Source of the DNA: Octopus bimaculoides
Lineage: Eukaryota
DNA: 64,000 bases
Assembly (NCBI RefSeq): GCF_001194135.2
Contig: NC_068985.1
Span: 69,322,997 to 69,386,996, forward strand
Reading direction: 5' to 3'
Shown: piece by piece, positions 11,345-25,900 of the stretch
How the letters are laid out: each line of letters starts with the position of its first letter
Numbering within the stretch: position 1 is the first letter of the stretch
Program-made: the position numbers and the translations under genes
The notes under the pieces: model-generated
The model's input: the letters and a program-made list of their open reading frames with translations, nothing else
Databases searched by the model: none
What the model was told of the DNA's origin: nothing

Positions 11345-13196
11345 TAGCCATATCTGTGACTCTTACAGACAGGCTTGCCATTTTCATGACCTCCTTGAAG
11401 ATGACACTCAGTGAAATGCGACTCTGGATGAGGCAGTTGTTGCCGGTTCTGTATTTCAGTGGCTAAATCTATTCGCTATAATGCTTCAAGCTTGTAACAT
11501 CTCTAACCTTCGCCGACTGTGAGAGAAACACCAGGAACCCTTCTGTGAAGACATTGTTCGCAAATTGCAGAGACAAAATGAAGGCCTTGCAATCTAGCTG
11601 ACAGAGGACATCAGGAATGAAGTTCTACGTCTTCTTGAAAACAAGGTCCTTCACTTTGGAGGAAAACCTTGCATGAGTATGCCTTTCCAAATCCAATAAT
11701 ACAACAACACAGAACAAACCTGAAAATGTTAAGGGAGACATCCTATAACATCAACAATGTCAATGAGGATTTGACCGAGAATGCGCCAAAGCTTTTGACT
11801 AAACAATGCACAGCTTACAATTACATCATACGTATGGCTCAAGAGCAAAGGGGTGGCCTGTTCCTTTTGGAAGCTCCTGTGGGCAATGGCAAGACCTTTT
11901 TGATCAACCTTTTGTTAGAAAAAGTCCTTCTAGATGGGTGTATTGTGTTGGTGGTATCGTCTTCTGGAATCACAGTAACTCTCTTGACATGTGATCGAAC
12001 ACCTAATCCTACTTTCAAGCTTCCCTTGAATTTAGTTTGGACAGAGTGTCCAATTTGCATCATCTGTAAGACACCAGCGAAGGCTAAAGTCTTGTAGCTG
12101 ATGTGTTTGATTGGCTGGGATGAATGCACCATATATCACCCGGAACATTTGAAGCTGTTCACCGTAGCCTAAGAGATTTGAAAGGAACGGACATTCTCAT
12201 GGGTGGTCTCACCACCGTAGTTTTGGCTGGTGATTTCAGACAAACCGTTTCTGTGATCGAAAGAGGTACAAAGGCAGATGAGCTATAGGACTGTCTTAAA
12301 CAATCATATCTGTGGACAAGTGACTGAACGGCTCATGACAGTTAACATGAGGACCCAGTTATTTGGTGATCAAACTGCTGGGCTGTTTTCACGTCCGCGT
12401 TTGACATACGGAATGGGCAAATACTTTATGTCCAATAAATACAGCAACACAAGCTACTCTGTGGTGAGATGGTACCTACTGTTTTTGATCTCAAAATGCA
12501 TGAGTTTACAAATATTGTACAAAACTTTAGCAAAATTCAGTCGCTATGTGAACGAGCCATCTTAGCTCCTAGTAATGATGGTGTCGACAAATCAGGAGCT
12601 CTTGCAGCTGTTGCCATGACAAGAACAGTCTTTCAAATCCATTGACACTGTCATTGATCAGGACCAAGCTGTATTATCCACCTCGCCTCTGCAATGGCAC
12701 CAGACTGGTGGTGAAAGCGATGCAACTCCTAGAGGCAGGAATTACCACTGGGAAATATAAGAGTGACGATATCTTCATTCAACAGATCCCGTTAATCCCA
12801 TCTGACCTCCCGTTTTAATTGAAACGTTTCCACTTCCCAGTGAAACTACGTTTTCCTATGGAGATATAGATATCTCAAGGACAATATCTCATAGTTGTTG
12901 GACTTAACCTTGCTTATCCTTGCTTCGCTCATGGGCAAATATATGTAGGATATTCGCGAGGTGGAAGGCACAAAACTCTTTTTATTTGGACCTCAATTAA
13001 ATGGCACACTGAAAACATTGTAAGTTCTACAAAATTAAGATGTGATTTATTTCAGGATTTGTTTTAATAACATTGCTTATACTCACGTCATTTGATAGAA
13101 TTTCTCTGAAAATATATTTTTTATCAAAATAAATATATGTATTTCCTTTAACATTCTTTAAACTTCCAAGCAACGCCGGGTACTTACTTAGACTAG
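11345..13196 (+). mobile_element. Helitron, 3' half: decayed Rep/PIF1-family helicase and 3' terminus
   Basis: Motifs LLEDD..W.ATLDEA, GGLFLLEAPVGNGKTFLINLLL (Walker A, about 11850-11915), WDECT, VVLAGDFRQ, VNMR, AILAP, IPLIPSDLP..KRFHFPVKL, CFAHGQIYVG. Multiple stops and frameshifts. Degenerate hairpin plus CTAG at 13193-13196, followed by T. Confidence 0.95.
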
Positions 13197-13201
13197 TATA
13201 T

Positions 13202-13244
<43 letters not shown>

Positions 13245-13345
13245 CGGGCGCGTATTTGCGTGTATGTATGCATGTATGTATGTAAGTATGTACATATGAG
13301 TTTGTATATATATATCTATATATCGATGCGTATGCTAATATATAC
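13197..13345. repeat. (GT)n/(TATG)n/(AT)n compound microsatellite
   Basis: Visible runs directly after the Helitron end. Confidence 0.9.
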
Positions 13346-14087
13346 ACACGTACGTCAATGAACGTACGTGTGCTAGTTTCAGCTATAATTACATGTGTAC
13401 ATTTACTAAATCAACTTCTTTACTCATTATGCTGATAGACCCTGTCTTTTTTAATAAATGGGTGTCCAAGAGAATCTAATGTGTACTTTGTACTACAGAA
13501 TAAGAGAATGTTGCATAAAAAAAACGTACGCCTTATGCATTATTTTATCATGGCCCTACTGTAGAATATGAAATTTCCACTACAGAGTACGTGGGAATAT
13601 ATTTTATGGATATTTCATGGTTTATATTTCATGTATAGATATAAAGATTGTTCTAAAATCTGAAGTAATGATTAACTTAGAAACGCCCTGTCTCTCACAT
13701 GCCCTATCTTTCTTCGAATAAACACAAGATTGAACCATATTCACTCTTGAATTGTCTGCACATTGACAGATCAATATATCTTGTACATGGGAATTCAGGA
13801 GTATTCAGCCGAATTTGAAGTGCTAAGTTTGAAGTAAATTTTAGAAGACGAAATTTGTATGGAAACAAACGGTAGTATATATACCTTGAATTGAATACAC
13901 ATGCGAATATTCGTTTGTTTACCAAAGTCAAATCGAAACGTTTAATTGAATTTCTTTTCACTGAAACACAAATAATTGACGATTTAATATATAAACTGTA
14001 AACCAGTTACAAGAAGTGAAGATTTTTAGAGTGAGTAAAATGCATACGTATTGCAGATTTGTATATTAACAAACTCTTGCACGTACT

Positions 14088-14105
14088 CACACACACATAC
14101 ACACA

Positions 14106-14140
<35 letters not shown>

Positions 14141-14161
14141 AGTCACACACANNNNNNNNNN

Positions 14162-14222
<61 letters not shown>
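14088..14222. repeat. (CA)n microsatellite with a 10-N gap (14152-14161)
   Basis: Visible. Confidence 0.95.
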
Positions 14223-14552
14223 AGTTGTGTACAGTCTTAAACGAGCGGTTTTCTGCTACTATTAGACATCATATTAGTTTACTAATCACTTTCACTTAGT
14301 CATCTTTCATCTTCCGTTTGATACCAATTTTCCGTCTCCTACTATTTCCTGTCTATGTATGAAGCTCCTGTTCTCGTGATTCAGTTGCACCCAGTTTCTC
14401 AAATACTGAGTATACAAAAGCTACAATCATGTTGCTTAATTTTCCCCTTGTCCAGTTGTCTCGGAAATGAAATTTGCCCGTAGGGCTTGATTATATTACT
14501 CACAACAGTAATCTCAATCACCCAATTCTGTAGATTCTCTCCCTGTCACTTT

Positions 14553-14585
14553 CTTTCTCTCTCTCTCTCTCTCTCACCCATTTGG

Positions 14586-14661
<76 letters not shown>

Positions 14662-14690
14662 TGTATCACACATATATACATACATATATT
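14553..14690. repeat. (CT)n, (AT)n and (GT)n microsatellite cluster
   Basis: Visible. Confidence 0.95.
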
Positions 14691-17192
14691 GTTAGATCAA
14701 GTATGTATATGCCTGAATACAAACTCGTAAATAAAAGCAAAAGGACGTACGGATGCTTCATTACGTTTACTTATGAATTATAAATGGTCGTGAAGCGAAT
14801 TGCATCATTTGACTCACCTTTGTGTCACATTTTCTATGTATGAATTTCCCTACATAATTGACGTGTGTATGTCACAATCCGTTCATGATAATGCTTTATC
14901 ATTTATGTTTGATTGCGTATTTTTCCTGAAACATATTGATAATTATAGGATATTGTTTATTTATCGAAATTTCTCAGAGGAGGAGGACATCTGGATATCT
15001 GAAGTGTAATGGTCTGAAGATGAAACAGTTAATCTTTGTAACCGTATATGTTGAGTTGTATTTTACATCTTAATTTGCACAATATGTATTGTCTTATTTA
15101 TGCGATTTTTATATTCGTTTGAGGGAGAAGTCAACTGTGGAACCACATTTGTCTTTTCTGGTACTACATATTACGTTCTATGTTTGAATAAGATCACATT
15201 CTTTTGAAGAAAATTTTAAACGAATTCTGGATATTTCACTTAAAAGAATGCAGGTGTCGATTTCATTGAACGCATTTTTATAGCTGCACTATATTTAGTC
15301 CATTTATGGGCTAAATCACCCGAACCTTTACCGTACCCAAATGGTCTCGAAGTTGTGTTATGAGATGTCTGTAGAGAGAACGCGGTGCACTATTTGAGTT
15401 TTAGAATATTAATGCCTTTTACGAAATCAATTTTACTTTTTCTCGCTCACTTGTCACTAAATGACCAGTTGCAAGCTTACTATAAATCACTTAGAAACTT
15501 TTTTATTGAAATAAATGAAACATAATAGAAGAAAATGTCCGGATATATAGACTAGTATTAGTAATCTTCTTCATATATAAACTGGAGCAGATTCTTTTAT
15601 CAATACTATAAAGAATAAGGTATACACAGTTGCACTTAAATCAATGTTGTACAGATGCGTATAACCAATTGGGAGTTCTAAGGTGAATGCAATTGTCTTA
15701 ATATGGAAATACTGTAAACTGATATTACAATATACCATGTCGTGGTCTGCGAGTTGAGCTTCTCTTATATATTGAGTATGCAAGAATGGGCAATAAACGA
15801 AGATCTAAAATAAGTTTCTCATTTTGAAGTCAATAGTAGACATGGTGAACTAAATACATAGATGGAAATCTTGACTCCTTTAATCTCAAGACTAGAAGAA
15901 TAGCAGAAGCATTTATTTTGACTTAGACATACAAACTAAGTCTATAGAATGAATTGTATTGCGTGCAGTGATATACATATTAAACATTGAATATATGTAT
16001 GTAAATGCATATTATTTAGTAGGAAATTTTTTATTCACCCTTTCGTGGATAGCGACGTTTGGATAGAAAGTGTTCTACACTTCATCGGAATTAAAAATAT
16101 TCAAATAAATACACGGTTAGAAAATATCCGGCAAACAAAAGAAAACCACCAGAAAATATGTGCTCGAAGAATATGCCTTCAATAAGTATTAAGATTATAG
16201 TAAATAAGAAATACTATTCTTGAAAATATTACAAACATGATATGTCTATGAAGTGCTGTAGGTTTGGCGGCAGGCAATGTGTGAAGGAATGCTATGCTTA
16301 CACAGTGAAAGAGAAAGAATCATAGCAACAGAGAAGGGGGAGATTGAGGAAGAAGAGCTTCACATATATATGTATGCATGTGTGACAAGAAATATGTGAA
16401 ATGGTGTATACAACAGAATAACGATTTAAAAATCTAATTAGCACATGCACATATGCGTAAAGTGTCCACAACACGTATATAAATTATTGGGAACGATAAA
16501 TGTTTATTATATTTCAACGTTCGTGTTCAGAATGTAACAAAAACGTGAAAAAACCGCATCCATTTTGTATTAAAAAATACCTCATATAATAAACGTTATT
16601 TTAAGCACAACATAGTGTGAATCAGAAGAGCTGAATGAAATTTAAATATTAGTAGGTATTATCTGCAATGAGAAAGCATGAGTATATTTACCATTCTTCC
16701 ATATATTCGATGTGTGAAAAAAATGAATGTTGAGATTATAGAGGCATCCTTTCACAGTTTGTTAACCACTCCGCAGAGAAGACCTGATTTCCATCCCTAG
16801 TTAAAGCCATAGAATATTCAGCTGTTAATAAAACAGTTAGAAATCGAATTATTAACGTGGTTGACTTACTACACTATCGTTTATCAATCGGAGTCACTAG
16901 TAAAGACTGTACTACTTAATGTAATTTAATGATTAATTTCTAATACAGTGTGTCTCTGTAACTATCAACATCGAGAAATAGTGAATACGGGTTTAGAGAC
17001 TAGATATACTAGGAAATAAAATTACATAAGTTAAATTATCTGTCATATGCAAATCCACAAGCGAAAGAAGATATGTGCATAGAAATGCAATCCGGTATTT
17101 GCAAGTGGTAATTTGCGTCAAGCCTCAACCTAGATATAGAAAAGTGTACTGTACCCTTAAATCGGATAGATACATTGTACTGGACAGATGTA

Positions 17193-17386
17193 CAGTAACC
17201 CTCACCATATCGCGGTTCACCTATCGCGCACCTAGTACATCGTGGATTGATCTAGCTAATATATTTAAATTTCTATCGCAGACTGCTCAGAATAACGTGA
17301 GTCTCTGGGACCGATAGCTATTTATATTTTTCACATAGCGCGGGAGGTTTTGGAACGTCACACCCGCGATAGTCGAGGGATTACTG
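17193..17386. mobile_element. Tc1/mariner-superfamily MITE (Tigger/pogo-like), 194 bp
   Basis: TA|CAGTAACCCTCACCATATCGCGG ... CCGCGATAGTCGAGGGATTACTG|TA: imperfect ~23-bp TIRs with TA on both sides. Confidence 0.9.
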
Positions 17387-19320
17387 TAGTCGTTAGAGGT
17401 ATACACGAGGAGAAGGTATACCGAGACAAACGAGTAGAAGAATATAAAATAGCCAAAGTGATGCTAGCTCAATGCGTAATTAGCAAAGAAAGGAGAATAT
17501 TCCCAGTGTTGTGCACCATGAGATTTATGAGCGTGAGGCGTTTAGAATTCGGAAATACTGTTTTACTATATATGAGAAATTATGAAAATACAATTGCACT
17601 GGTTAATGCAGTCAAATACAGTGGTGCGAAAATAATTACTAAATTGCATATTAAACGCGATCAAATTGTGGGAAAGGGAAAGACACCTAGTAGTACTTAA
17701 AGGATGTTAAACACTTGTGACTATATTTTCTTAAAAGTATTGTAGATAATATGAAAGCAGATACAATAGAACGCCACAAGGAATATTCGACAGTTTGATG
17801 AAAACGGAAACAAACTTATCACACGTTTAGCTAATCATGTTTTAGTTTAACCCGAGAGTAGTCTGATAGAATGCGGATATCATTGAAACTACTGCAGCCC
17901 TCGATTATGATGTTTATATTTTTGGTCAGAGACAATATTTTCTAATGTGTTCTGTAGTTCACAAATGATAATATAAAAGACTATACCTGAGGGAATTTAC
18001 TATTTCGAAATGATTTACAATCCGTTATTGATTTCAAATGAAGATATTCCCAATGTTTCGCTTAGCAAAATCATTGACAACAGCTATGGATGCAAAACTA
18101 CAAGTAATTTACCAACTGTAGTTTTATCAATCTGACTGACCAAGAGATAATAACATAGATAACTTAGACAAGAGCTTAGTCAGATGAGATACATTTTAAT
18201 TTTATATTAGCACAGAAAAGAAAGATAACATCTATTTAATGGTACAAGAAGTTGTTGGGTAATGCAAGTCATTGTATCTTATCTCAACGACCTTGAGTAC
18301 CCCATTGTTAGGATAACATGTTCTCCGTTTTGGTCGCCCCTCAGAAAATGGGCATATATGTATCGATTTTGAGAAGCGTGACAGCCAAGAAGAATTCAAA
18401 TATTAGCAGAGAGAGAAAGAAACGAGAGCAAGCAGTATGTTAATGCAGGATTTTAGTGTATAGGAAAATGTCAACAATAGCTTGGTTATCAACAACCTCT
18501 AATATGATTGACCAAATATTAAAAAAGCACCTAAAACAGCAAACAGGAGTTTTATATATTGAGAAAGCATACACTGGAATTTAATTATGATCACTGAACT
18601 TGTGTAGAAATTCTATACTCTATAAATAATCTAACCTGTGCGCGTACCAATGATATTGTAAGATCTGAGGCAGTTCAACAGACGAAAAAAAACCCGTCAT
18701 ATTTAAGATATGTAAAGTAACAGTTATCAGGAAGAAGACAAACAAAATGAATATTTTTTTCAATAAGAGAACCTGTAAATTCCAAATTTGCTACCTAGAT
18801 AATATAAGTAGATGTGTGTCCTGCGACAAGGTGAACAAAACTGAGGTTACTATAATTCAGTAGGCATATAATTTGCTTCCTTCTTTGCATGAGTGCTTCT
18901 CTGAATTATCCTTATGTGTATATTGTTGTACGATTGCTAAACATAAACACTGGATAGAATTTCAATAAAATAAGGCGAAAATGCTGCACTCTAAGTGTAT
19001 TCGAAAGGGTGGAATACAGATCGGTTGAGTAAAATGATAGCTTACGAGACATGGATGATGTCGAGAGAAGAAGATACTGCATATATTAAAATATATAAAG
19101 CAATTTAGATGGAGATGTGTGAAAAGCTATCAAAGTACAAACAGCACATGCAGGAAAAACTGATGAAATATTACTCAAAATGCTGGTCACCAAATTGACA
19201 TTATGTATATCATTGTATTTTTCGTTGTATTTTATCTTAATTAGCTATTTAGAAAACAATGCACGATTAATAACGCCGTTACACACCATACTGACACCCC
19301 CCACACAAAAACACATACAC

Positions 19321-19372
<52 letters not shown>

Positions 19373-20127
19373 GCATGTAAGTATGTATGCTATTAGATAT
19401 GTATGCTTACCTATCTATTTATCAATCTATCTAAATTTATGTGAGAGCGCGTGTGTGTGTTCGCGCGCGTATGTTTGTATATACATCATTCGCATATATG
19501 TATAAACACATATTTATACATAGCAGATGTATTTAGCATATGTAGAGGATTCACAGGAGATTTTCTATCAGATAACTGTATGACTCACGCACACAATAAA
19601 CACAATTAAATATGGCCGCCATACTAATGAGAACACATATTAATAAAATATGAACAGATTTCCTAGTGGCGCAGTTAATTTGGAATCATTTTGAATAAAT
19701 AATAATGAAATCTGAACTAATACACAATCTTTAATTTGATTTTCGGAAAATTATTCTGACAACTTTTAAATTATATATCATTTTCAAGTAAAAAGCTCAT
19801 GCTTATCCTTCCTTCTTTCTCTTTATTTGAAAAAAATTACACGATCTGTCCCTTCGTGTTTCATTTTCATATATTGTGTTTTTTTTATTCTACCAATTAA
19901 AGGATAAATTAAATAGCTAAAGATCGAAGTAAACGAGCACAGTGATTTGATGTTTAATAAAAAGTTTCATCGTTTGTTTATCGGAGGTTCATTTATAATT
20001 TTTTCGTGTTTTTCTTTTCATAATCTGCTCAATTTTTGCGTCAAATTTAATTATTTTCCGTTGAAAATTAGACGTATCAATGAAAAATATTCATAGATTG
20101 ATTACTCCTGAATTAGTTTCTCTCTTT

Positions 20128-20460
20128 NNNNNNNNNNNNNNNNNNNNNNNNNNNNNNNNNNNNNNNNNNNNNNNNNNNNNNNNNNNNNNNNNNNNNNNNN
20201 NNNNNNNNNNNNNNNNNNNNNNNNNNNNNNNNNNNNNNNNNNNNNNNNNNNNNNNNNNNNNNNNNNNNNNNNNNNNNNNNNNNNNNNNNNNNNNNNNNNN
20301 NNNNNNNNNNNNNNNNNNNNNNNNNNNNNNNNNNNNNNNNNNNNNNNNNNNNNNNNNNNNNNNNNNNNNNNNNNNNNNNNNNNNNNNNNNNNNNNNNNNN
20401 NNNNNNNNNNNNNNNNNNNNNNNNNNNNNNNNNNNNNNNNNNNNNNNNNNNNNNNNNNNN
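20128..20460. other. Assembly gap (N run)
   Basis: Run of N. Confidence 1.
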
Positions 20461-21267
20461 AAGCACAAGCGCAAAAACAAACAGTAATTAGCTAAAGGAT
20501 TCTTTCGAAATCTCGGTCACTTTCTCTCTCGCCCTACCTCTGACCCCTCTCTCTCTCTTTCTCTCTGTCTCTGTCTCTGTATCTGTCTCTGTCTCTCTCT
20601 CTCTCTCTCTCTCTCCCTCTCTCTCTCACCAAATATCAATTTCTGTTTTATGTTTCTTACACTGGTATTTCATTACAGATTTTCTCTCTGTTGGTCTTAT
20701 TTGTTTCCTTGCACCTGAATCTCATAGTCTCAGTCCTCTCTCACTCTTTTCTCTCCTCTTAATCTTTCTTAAACAGACACACCCTGCATGTATGCATTCT
20801 CGAAGAAATTGTATACATGCTAAGAAGCACAGACAGAGATTTATACAAACAAAAATTCTTACGTAGTGGGACGAGGATATACATAAGCATTAGCAGAGAG
20901 AAAGTGAAAATCACCAAAACACGCAAAGAGAAAAATAGGAAAATATAAAATATAAAAAGCCCAAGGTTGAGATCAATATCCATTAGAATTTAATTACACA
21001 TTTGTTTAAAAGAAAAGGAGGGCCACAATTTTTAATCAAAATAATGAAGATGCTAATTATTTTAATAACATATGCATTCTATATATTTGAGGTTTATTAC
21101 TGGCGAAGTATGGAAATAGGTGTGTAGAATATATTTCGTTTGCGTTGATATATTTCATTTAATATGCATACATATTGACGCACAAATACCAGTATAGAAT
21201 ATCATATACATATATTTATATTCACTTACATATGTATGTATGTGTATATAGATAAATAGATCGACGT

Positions 21268-21312
<45 letters not shown>

Positions 21313-21326
21313 TAGAGAGGGAGAGA
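21268..21326. repeat. (AG)n microsatellite
   Basis: Visible. Confidence 0.95.
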
Positions 21327-21609
21327 CAAAAACAAATCCAGCGATAAAATAAGAAAGTAATTAACTGATACTTATTTCATCGACCACGAAAAGATGAAAG
21401 GCAAAGTCTAATTCAGATAAACAAAGAGAGAAGTAAAGAAGATATGAAGACATACAAAGGAAATAAGGAAATACAGTACTGAAAGAGCGTAGGACCACGA
21501 AGCGATACAGCAGTAATGTACAATGAAGGTGAGAGCACCATGAAAAAATATATATAAAAACTATTCTGAAGTTTCTGGTTATAATTTATCAAAGAAAGAA
21601 AAAAAATAT

Positions 21610-21625
21610 AACAACAACAACAACC

Positions 21626-21680
<55 letters not shown>
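21610..21680. repeat. (AAC)n(AAT)n microsatellite
   Basis: Visible. Confidence 0.95.
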
Positions 21681-21683
<3 letters not shown>

Positions 21684-22107
21684 GTTCCAAACTTTCGACA
21701 TGTTTGCACGTCTGGTGCCATGTAACATGGAAGTCGGGTGGCGAGATAGAAAGACTGAAAGTGAAGATATAGACTAGTTAAAGTGAAAGTAGTAGAAACA
21801 AGTGTTTAAAAATAAGAGAAAGAATAAATTTCGAGAAACAGAGGGGAAAGAATCGAAGATGAGGGGATAGAAAAGGACACAGTTGAAAGATTACATTAAA
21901 CGAGAATAGTTGGGGTGGCTTAAGGGAACGTCATATGTTTGTGTTCGCGTGTATATATATTGAACTCTAGTCAATGGTACAGTGTTTTTACTCATGTAAA
22001 AGTTTAAAAAAAAGTACTTTTGTCTGTCAAGAAATATAATGCATGTGTATCCACGAGAGTCACAAGCATTCTTCCAATATAATACACACGTCGTAGTGTG
22101 TTGAGCT

Positions 22108-22205
22108 GGCAGATTCATTTGCACTCCAGGATAAAAGTCAAGCGGTATTCCGTCTTTACATAGAATTTCATCTCTTCGGGGTCGATGAAATGAATACCAC
22201 CTGAG
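22108..22205 (+). mobile_element. Old, internally deleted family-1 SINE
   Basis: GGCAGATTCATTTGCAC...TTTCATCTCTTCGGGGTCGATGAAATGAATACCA. Confidence 0.65.
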
Positions 22206-22279
22206 TTTAATAGAGTTGATGTAATCGAATCAACCTCTCTCAAAATTGCTGGCCTTGTACCAAAATTTGAGACCAATTT

Positions 22280-22480
22280 GATCCATCCGTCGGAGTGCTA
22301 GAAGACCCGTTAGCATTATTTCGTCTCTTGTCCAGAATTCAAATTTCAACAAGGTTGATTTTGCCTTTCATCTTTTGAGGTCGATGAAATAGCGTCAGTT
22401 ACTCATTTGAGTCAATGCAATCGACAAGCCCAATCCCCTAGGGAATTTTAACCTTATGCCTATAGTAAAAAGAAGTATTT
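22280..22480 (+). mobile_element. Diverged family-1 SINE
   Basis: AATTCAAATTTCAACAAGGTTGATTTTGCCTTTCATCTTTTGAGGTCGATGAAA...CCTTATGCCTATAGTAAAAAGAA. Confidence 0.75.
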
Positions 22481-22734
22481 CACACACGTCTAATAATATG
22501 CATATATTCACACCTATGTACATTTGTATACGCATGTATTCTAGTTTGTATAATTGCACATATATGAGATGAAGTGAGTCTTCCACATCAAATGAGAGTA
22601 CAAAGGAAAATGGAAGTTAAATTATTTACATCGTACAATGAGAATAGACTCTCGTAATATGAGTATGACTCTGTTGTTTCCTACCGAACAATTTGCACAA
22701 TTTGTTTATAGCGATCATACGTGTGTATCTCAAA

Positions 22735-22925
22735 TTAGCACACTCTCTCCGTGAAATTGCCATTGCCTGAACAGATGCACGGTGTACCTCATCAGAAGTT
22801 CAATGATCACAGAGCAACCTGAGATGAAGTGTTTTCCTCAACAGCACAACATGTCACCCGGTACAGGAATTGAAACCACGAGATCACACTCGGGAGCACA
22901 ACAACTTATTCACTAAGCCGTGCGT
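22735..22925 (-). mobile_element. tRNA-derived SINE, third family
   Basis: Minus strand has a tRNA-like head with B-box-like GGTTTCAATTCCTGTAC, then GTTGTGCTGTTGAGGAAAACACTT, a degenerate form of the common SINE motif GTTGTGTCCTTGAGCAAGACACTT (from recall). Confidence 0.65.
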
Positions 22926-25900
22926 CTACATTTGCATCTTATAATATTTTGTATCATAGAATCAAGTATTTAAATTATTGTCAATGACACTATGTCTCAG
23001 TTAGTGAAATATTTTCACTGTCCATTATGAGTGTTTCCTACAATATGCTATTTCCAACCTAATGACGGAGATATCAAGAATAAAATTATTCTTATTCGAA
23101 AAACTTAACTGGCTTAATTATAAAATCGAATGTAGTAGTGTGACGTTAAACAAAGACAATTGTGGTTGTCCTCAATCTTGTCACAGGTGTCTACAAATAT
23201 ACCCTTTTGCCAAAAAATTAGAGACGGTAATCTACTCTGAGTTTCCTGACAAATTTCGACCACACTTTTTCACAGCGAGGAAATATCTGCAGCTTGCTTA
23301 GTGTCAATGCCTGTCAATACAATATCAGCCAAACCACGCATGCAACAAAAACACAAATGCACAAGTGGAATTAAAACGAAAGTTAATTACCATATATATA
23401 TAATTCAGTTGATGTTACTATTCTTCATCTCTACCCAACATTTCAGTAATAGATTTCTATCAGCTCATTTCTCAGTGGGATTGTACGCAGTTTTCATAAA
23501 CTCACTGCAGCACCTATCATACTGATGTTGTTGATTTTTCGATAAATAAAATCCTTTAGAAATGGTTACAGCTGTCCATGAAATAGTTCATTTTCCTAAA
23601 AGTACTGTGTACATGTACATTCAGGCGTTTAAATTATATTATGTAAATTTTTATTTAGGTAAATAGTGCTACATTAGTTATTATTTTATGTCTGATGGAT
23701 ACTTGTTTTGAGAAGTACATTACTCAAATACTAAATTCTGCTTGCAATGAACCGTGAAATTCTTTGTTATGTTTGAACATATTTGCGTATGCTGGCGCTT
23801 AGTAGAATCACATTAGGATCACAGCCGGAACGATTGAGTTGTAAAGCAACAATCTTAAATATACATGAATGCCAGTGCCATATTATCGACGATCTTGTCT
23901 CTTATACTTCACTTGTGTCTGAAACGTGATGCTGAGGTATTGTACTTGTGACAGAAAATTGTGTTAATAGGAAATTGAAAGATACCTCTGGGAATTATTT
24001 CTTGAGTGTTCACAGTGAAGTAACAGTGTTTGAAGACTCTCCATCATTTGCTGAGCAGGAAAACAGTGAAAGTAAACGCAGAAACAATAAATATGATGCA
24101 CGTTTTAGAAATGTAATATGGGAAAATTTGATGAACAATGCTTGTGAGATATGCTCCAGCGGATAAGCAATGTGTTTCTAAGTCATAAACTAGACCAGTG
24201 AAACTAAATTCTCCTGCAGCAATATTTTCATGGTCAGATATCAATTCTTCCAAGCTGTAGACTCACTCTAACATGAAATGTGATTAATAATACTTGCAAC
24301 ATGCTATCAGAATAGGGCAAGTATATTAATTCATATCGTTGTGTAAGGATACCAGGCCATCGCATCCTACACTACATCATATCAAGGAGCACCCTGCTTG
24401 CACTGGAGTTTAATCTGCCAGTGTTTTATTTCAGGGCATTAATCAATTCATTGTTCAACATTCCACTTAAATAGCTGCCTAGAAATTGGAAATTATTAAT
24501 TGTTGACAGGGAAATAAATGACACTTTCTGTAATTATAACCAAGTAGACCGAATGGCGAAATATTCAGTCAAATAGCTAAACGTAACACACATTTATTTT
24601 CAGTTTTCTCCTGCCTAAACAATTTTCCTCACTCCTGCATATATTCGATGCACTGCGGGAATGCTGATCTCTATCCATTTTTTTATAACTAGTGTTCTCT
24701 TCAAAGCATGTAAATCCAACAGATACAAAAATGAAACCAAGTTTGAGTGACAAATATGTTTCCTCCCAACATGACTCTTAACTTCGGTTTCGGGTGGGTC
24801 CAATGTTTCTTTCTGTAATATTAGTATATTGAGGTTAATTTTAGTCATCCTATTGTAATTAATTCACCTAATATAATATAGTATGTATTTTATCTGATGA
24901 AAATGTCCTAAACCAATAAAGAATTAAGATGCTGCTTTGTCATTTCACAACAAAACATAATCAATATTATCGGTTGACAGTATAACTGTGTTTATGCTAA
25001 TTTTCTGATTATTTTTCCCTTCAGTGCAACTCAACAAAACTTCGTTTCTGTTTGTTCATTTCTTCCAATAAAGAAGTGCAAAAAATTTGAACTAGCACCT
25101 TCTGAATGTGTAGTTATTTAGATTTATCTCAACCATGCTTGACGCGACTTTGATACAATATATTATACTCTTAACCATCCTGGTTTAGTCAATTTTTATC
25201 ATAGTGCATCCTTATCGATGTAAGATTCATTACCTTCTGTGTTAAACACATCATCATCGATATAGCTGTTAAATTAAATTCTCTAAAAATTATTTGTGAC
25301 ATAAGAAATCCAGGAGATTTTTGTCAGGGTATTAGCTGGGCATAAATTTCGGTTATCAATTAATGAATTGTGGGTAAGATATACCTGGCCTCAGTTGAAT
25401 TTATTTCGCCATACAATAATTAATTTCAAAGATAATGAACTACGCAGGCATTCACAATACATCTGTTTTAAATAAATGACTACTGCGTTAGCCTTCTTTA
25501 TTGAGTAAACTTTCGGCTATTACGGTAGAATTTCGTGGGTGTCAATTGGACTTCGATGTTTGCTCTCTGTCTCTTTAATAACAATCGATTTACCTAGAAT
25601 TGTCTTTCATATGACATTGTATGTTATATCTGTACGTACAAAATCCTCTTATTTTAAATCATCTTAAGCTGAGTTTATTCCATGGAAAATGGAATAGAAT
25701 ATTCAAAGAAATTATAATGGAGCTAAGTGTCTGACTTTGTAAAGCGCGAGCTGGTAACAGTAAGAGTAACAATAAAAGTAGTTTAGTAGCCGACTACTGT
25801 GAAGCCATTAACAAATACAGCTAATTAGACGCTTAGCCGCAGTGTTATTTGGACGGCTTAGTTTTCTAAATATCGTATTACAAGATATTCTGTATAATCG

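Noticed and set aside
11881-11900. Walker A motif considered as a host PIF1 helicase gene
   Set aside because: Intronless, full of stops and frameshifts, preceded by Helitron-specific linker motifs and followed by a Helitron 3' end.
17350-17700. 116-aa ORF
   Set aside because: It starts inside the MITE's right end and has no recognisable motif; likely chance.
24044-24253. Minus-strand 69-aa ORF LEELISDHENIAAGEFSFTGLVY... after a CAG acceptor-like site
   Set aside because: No recognisable domain, no convincing donor site and no other exon to link it to.
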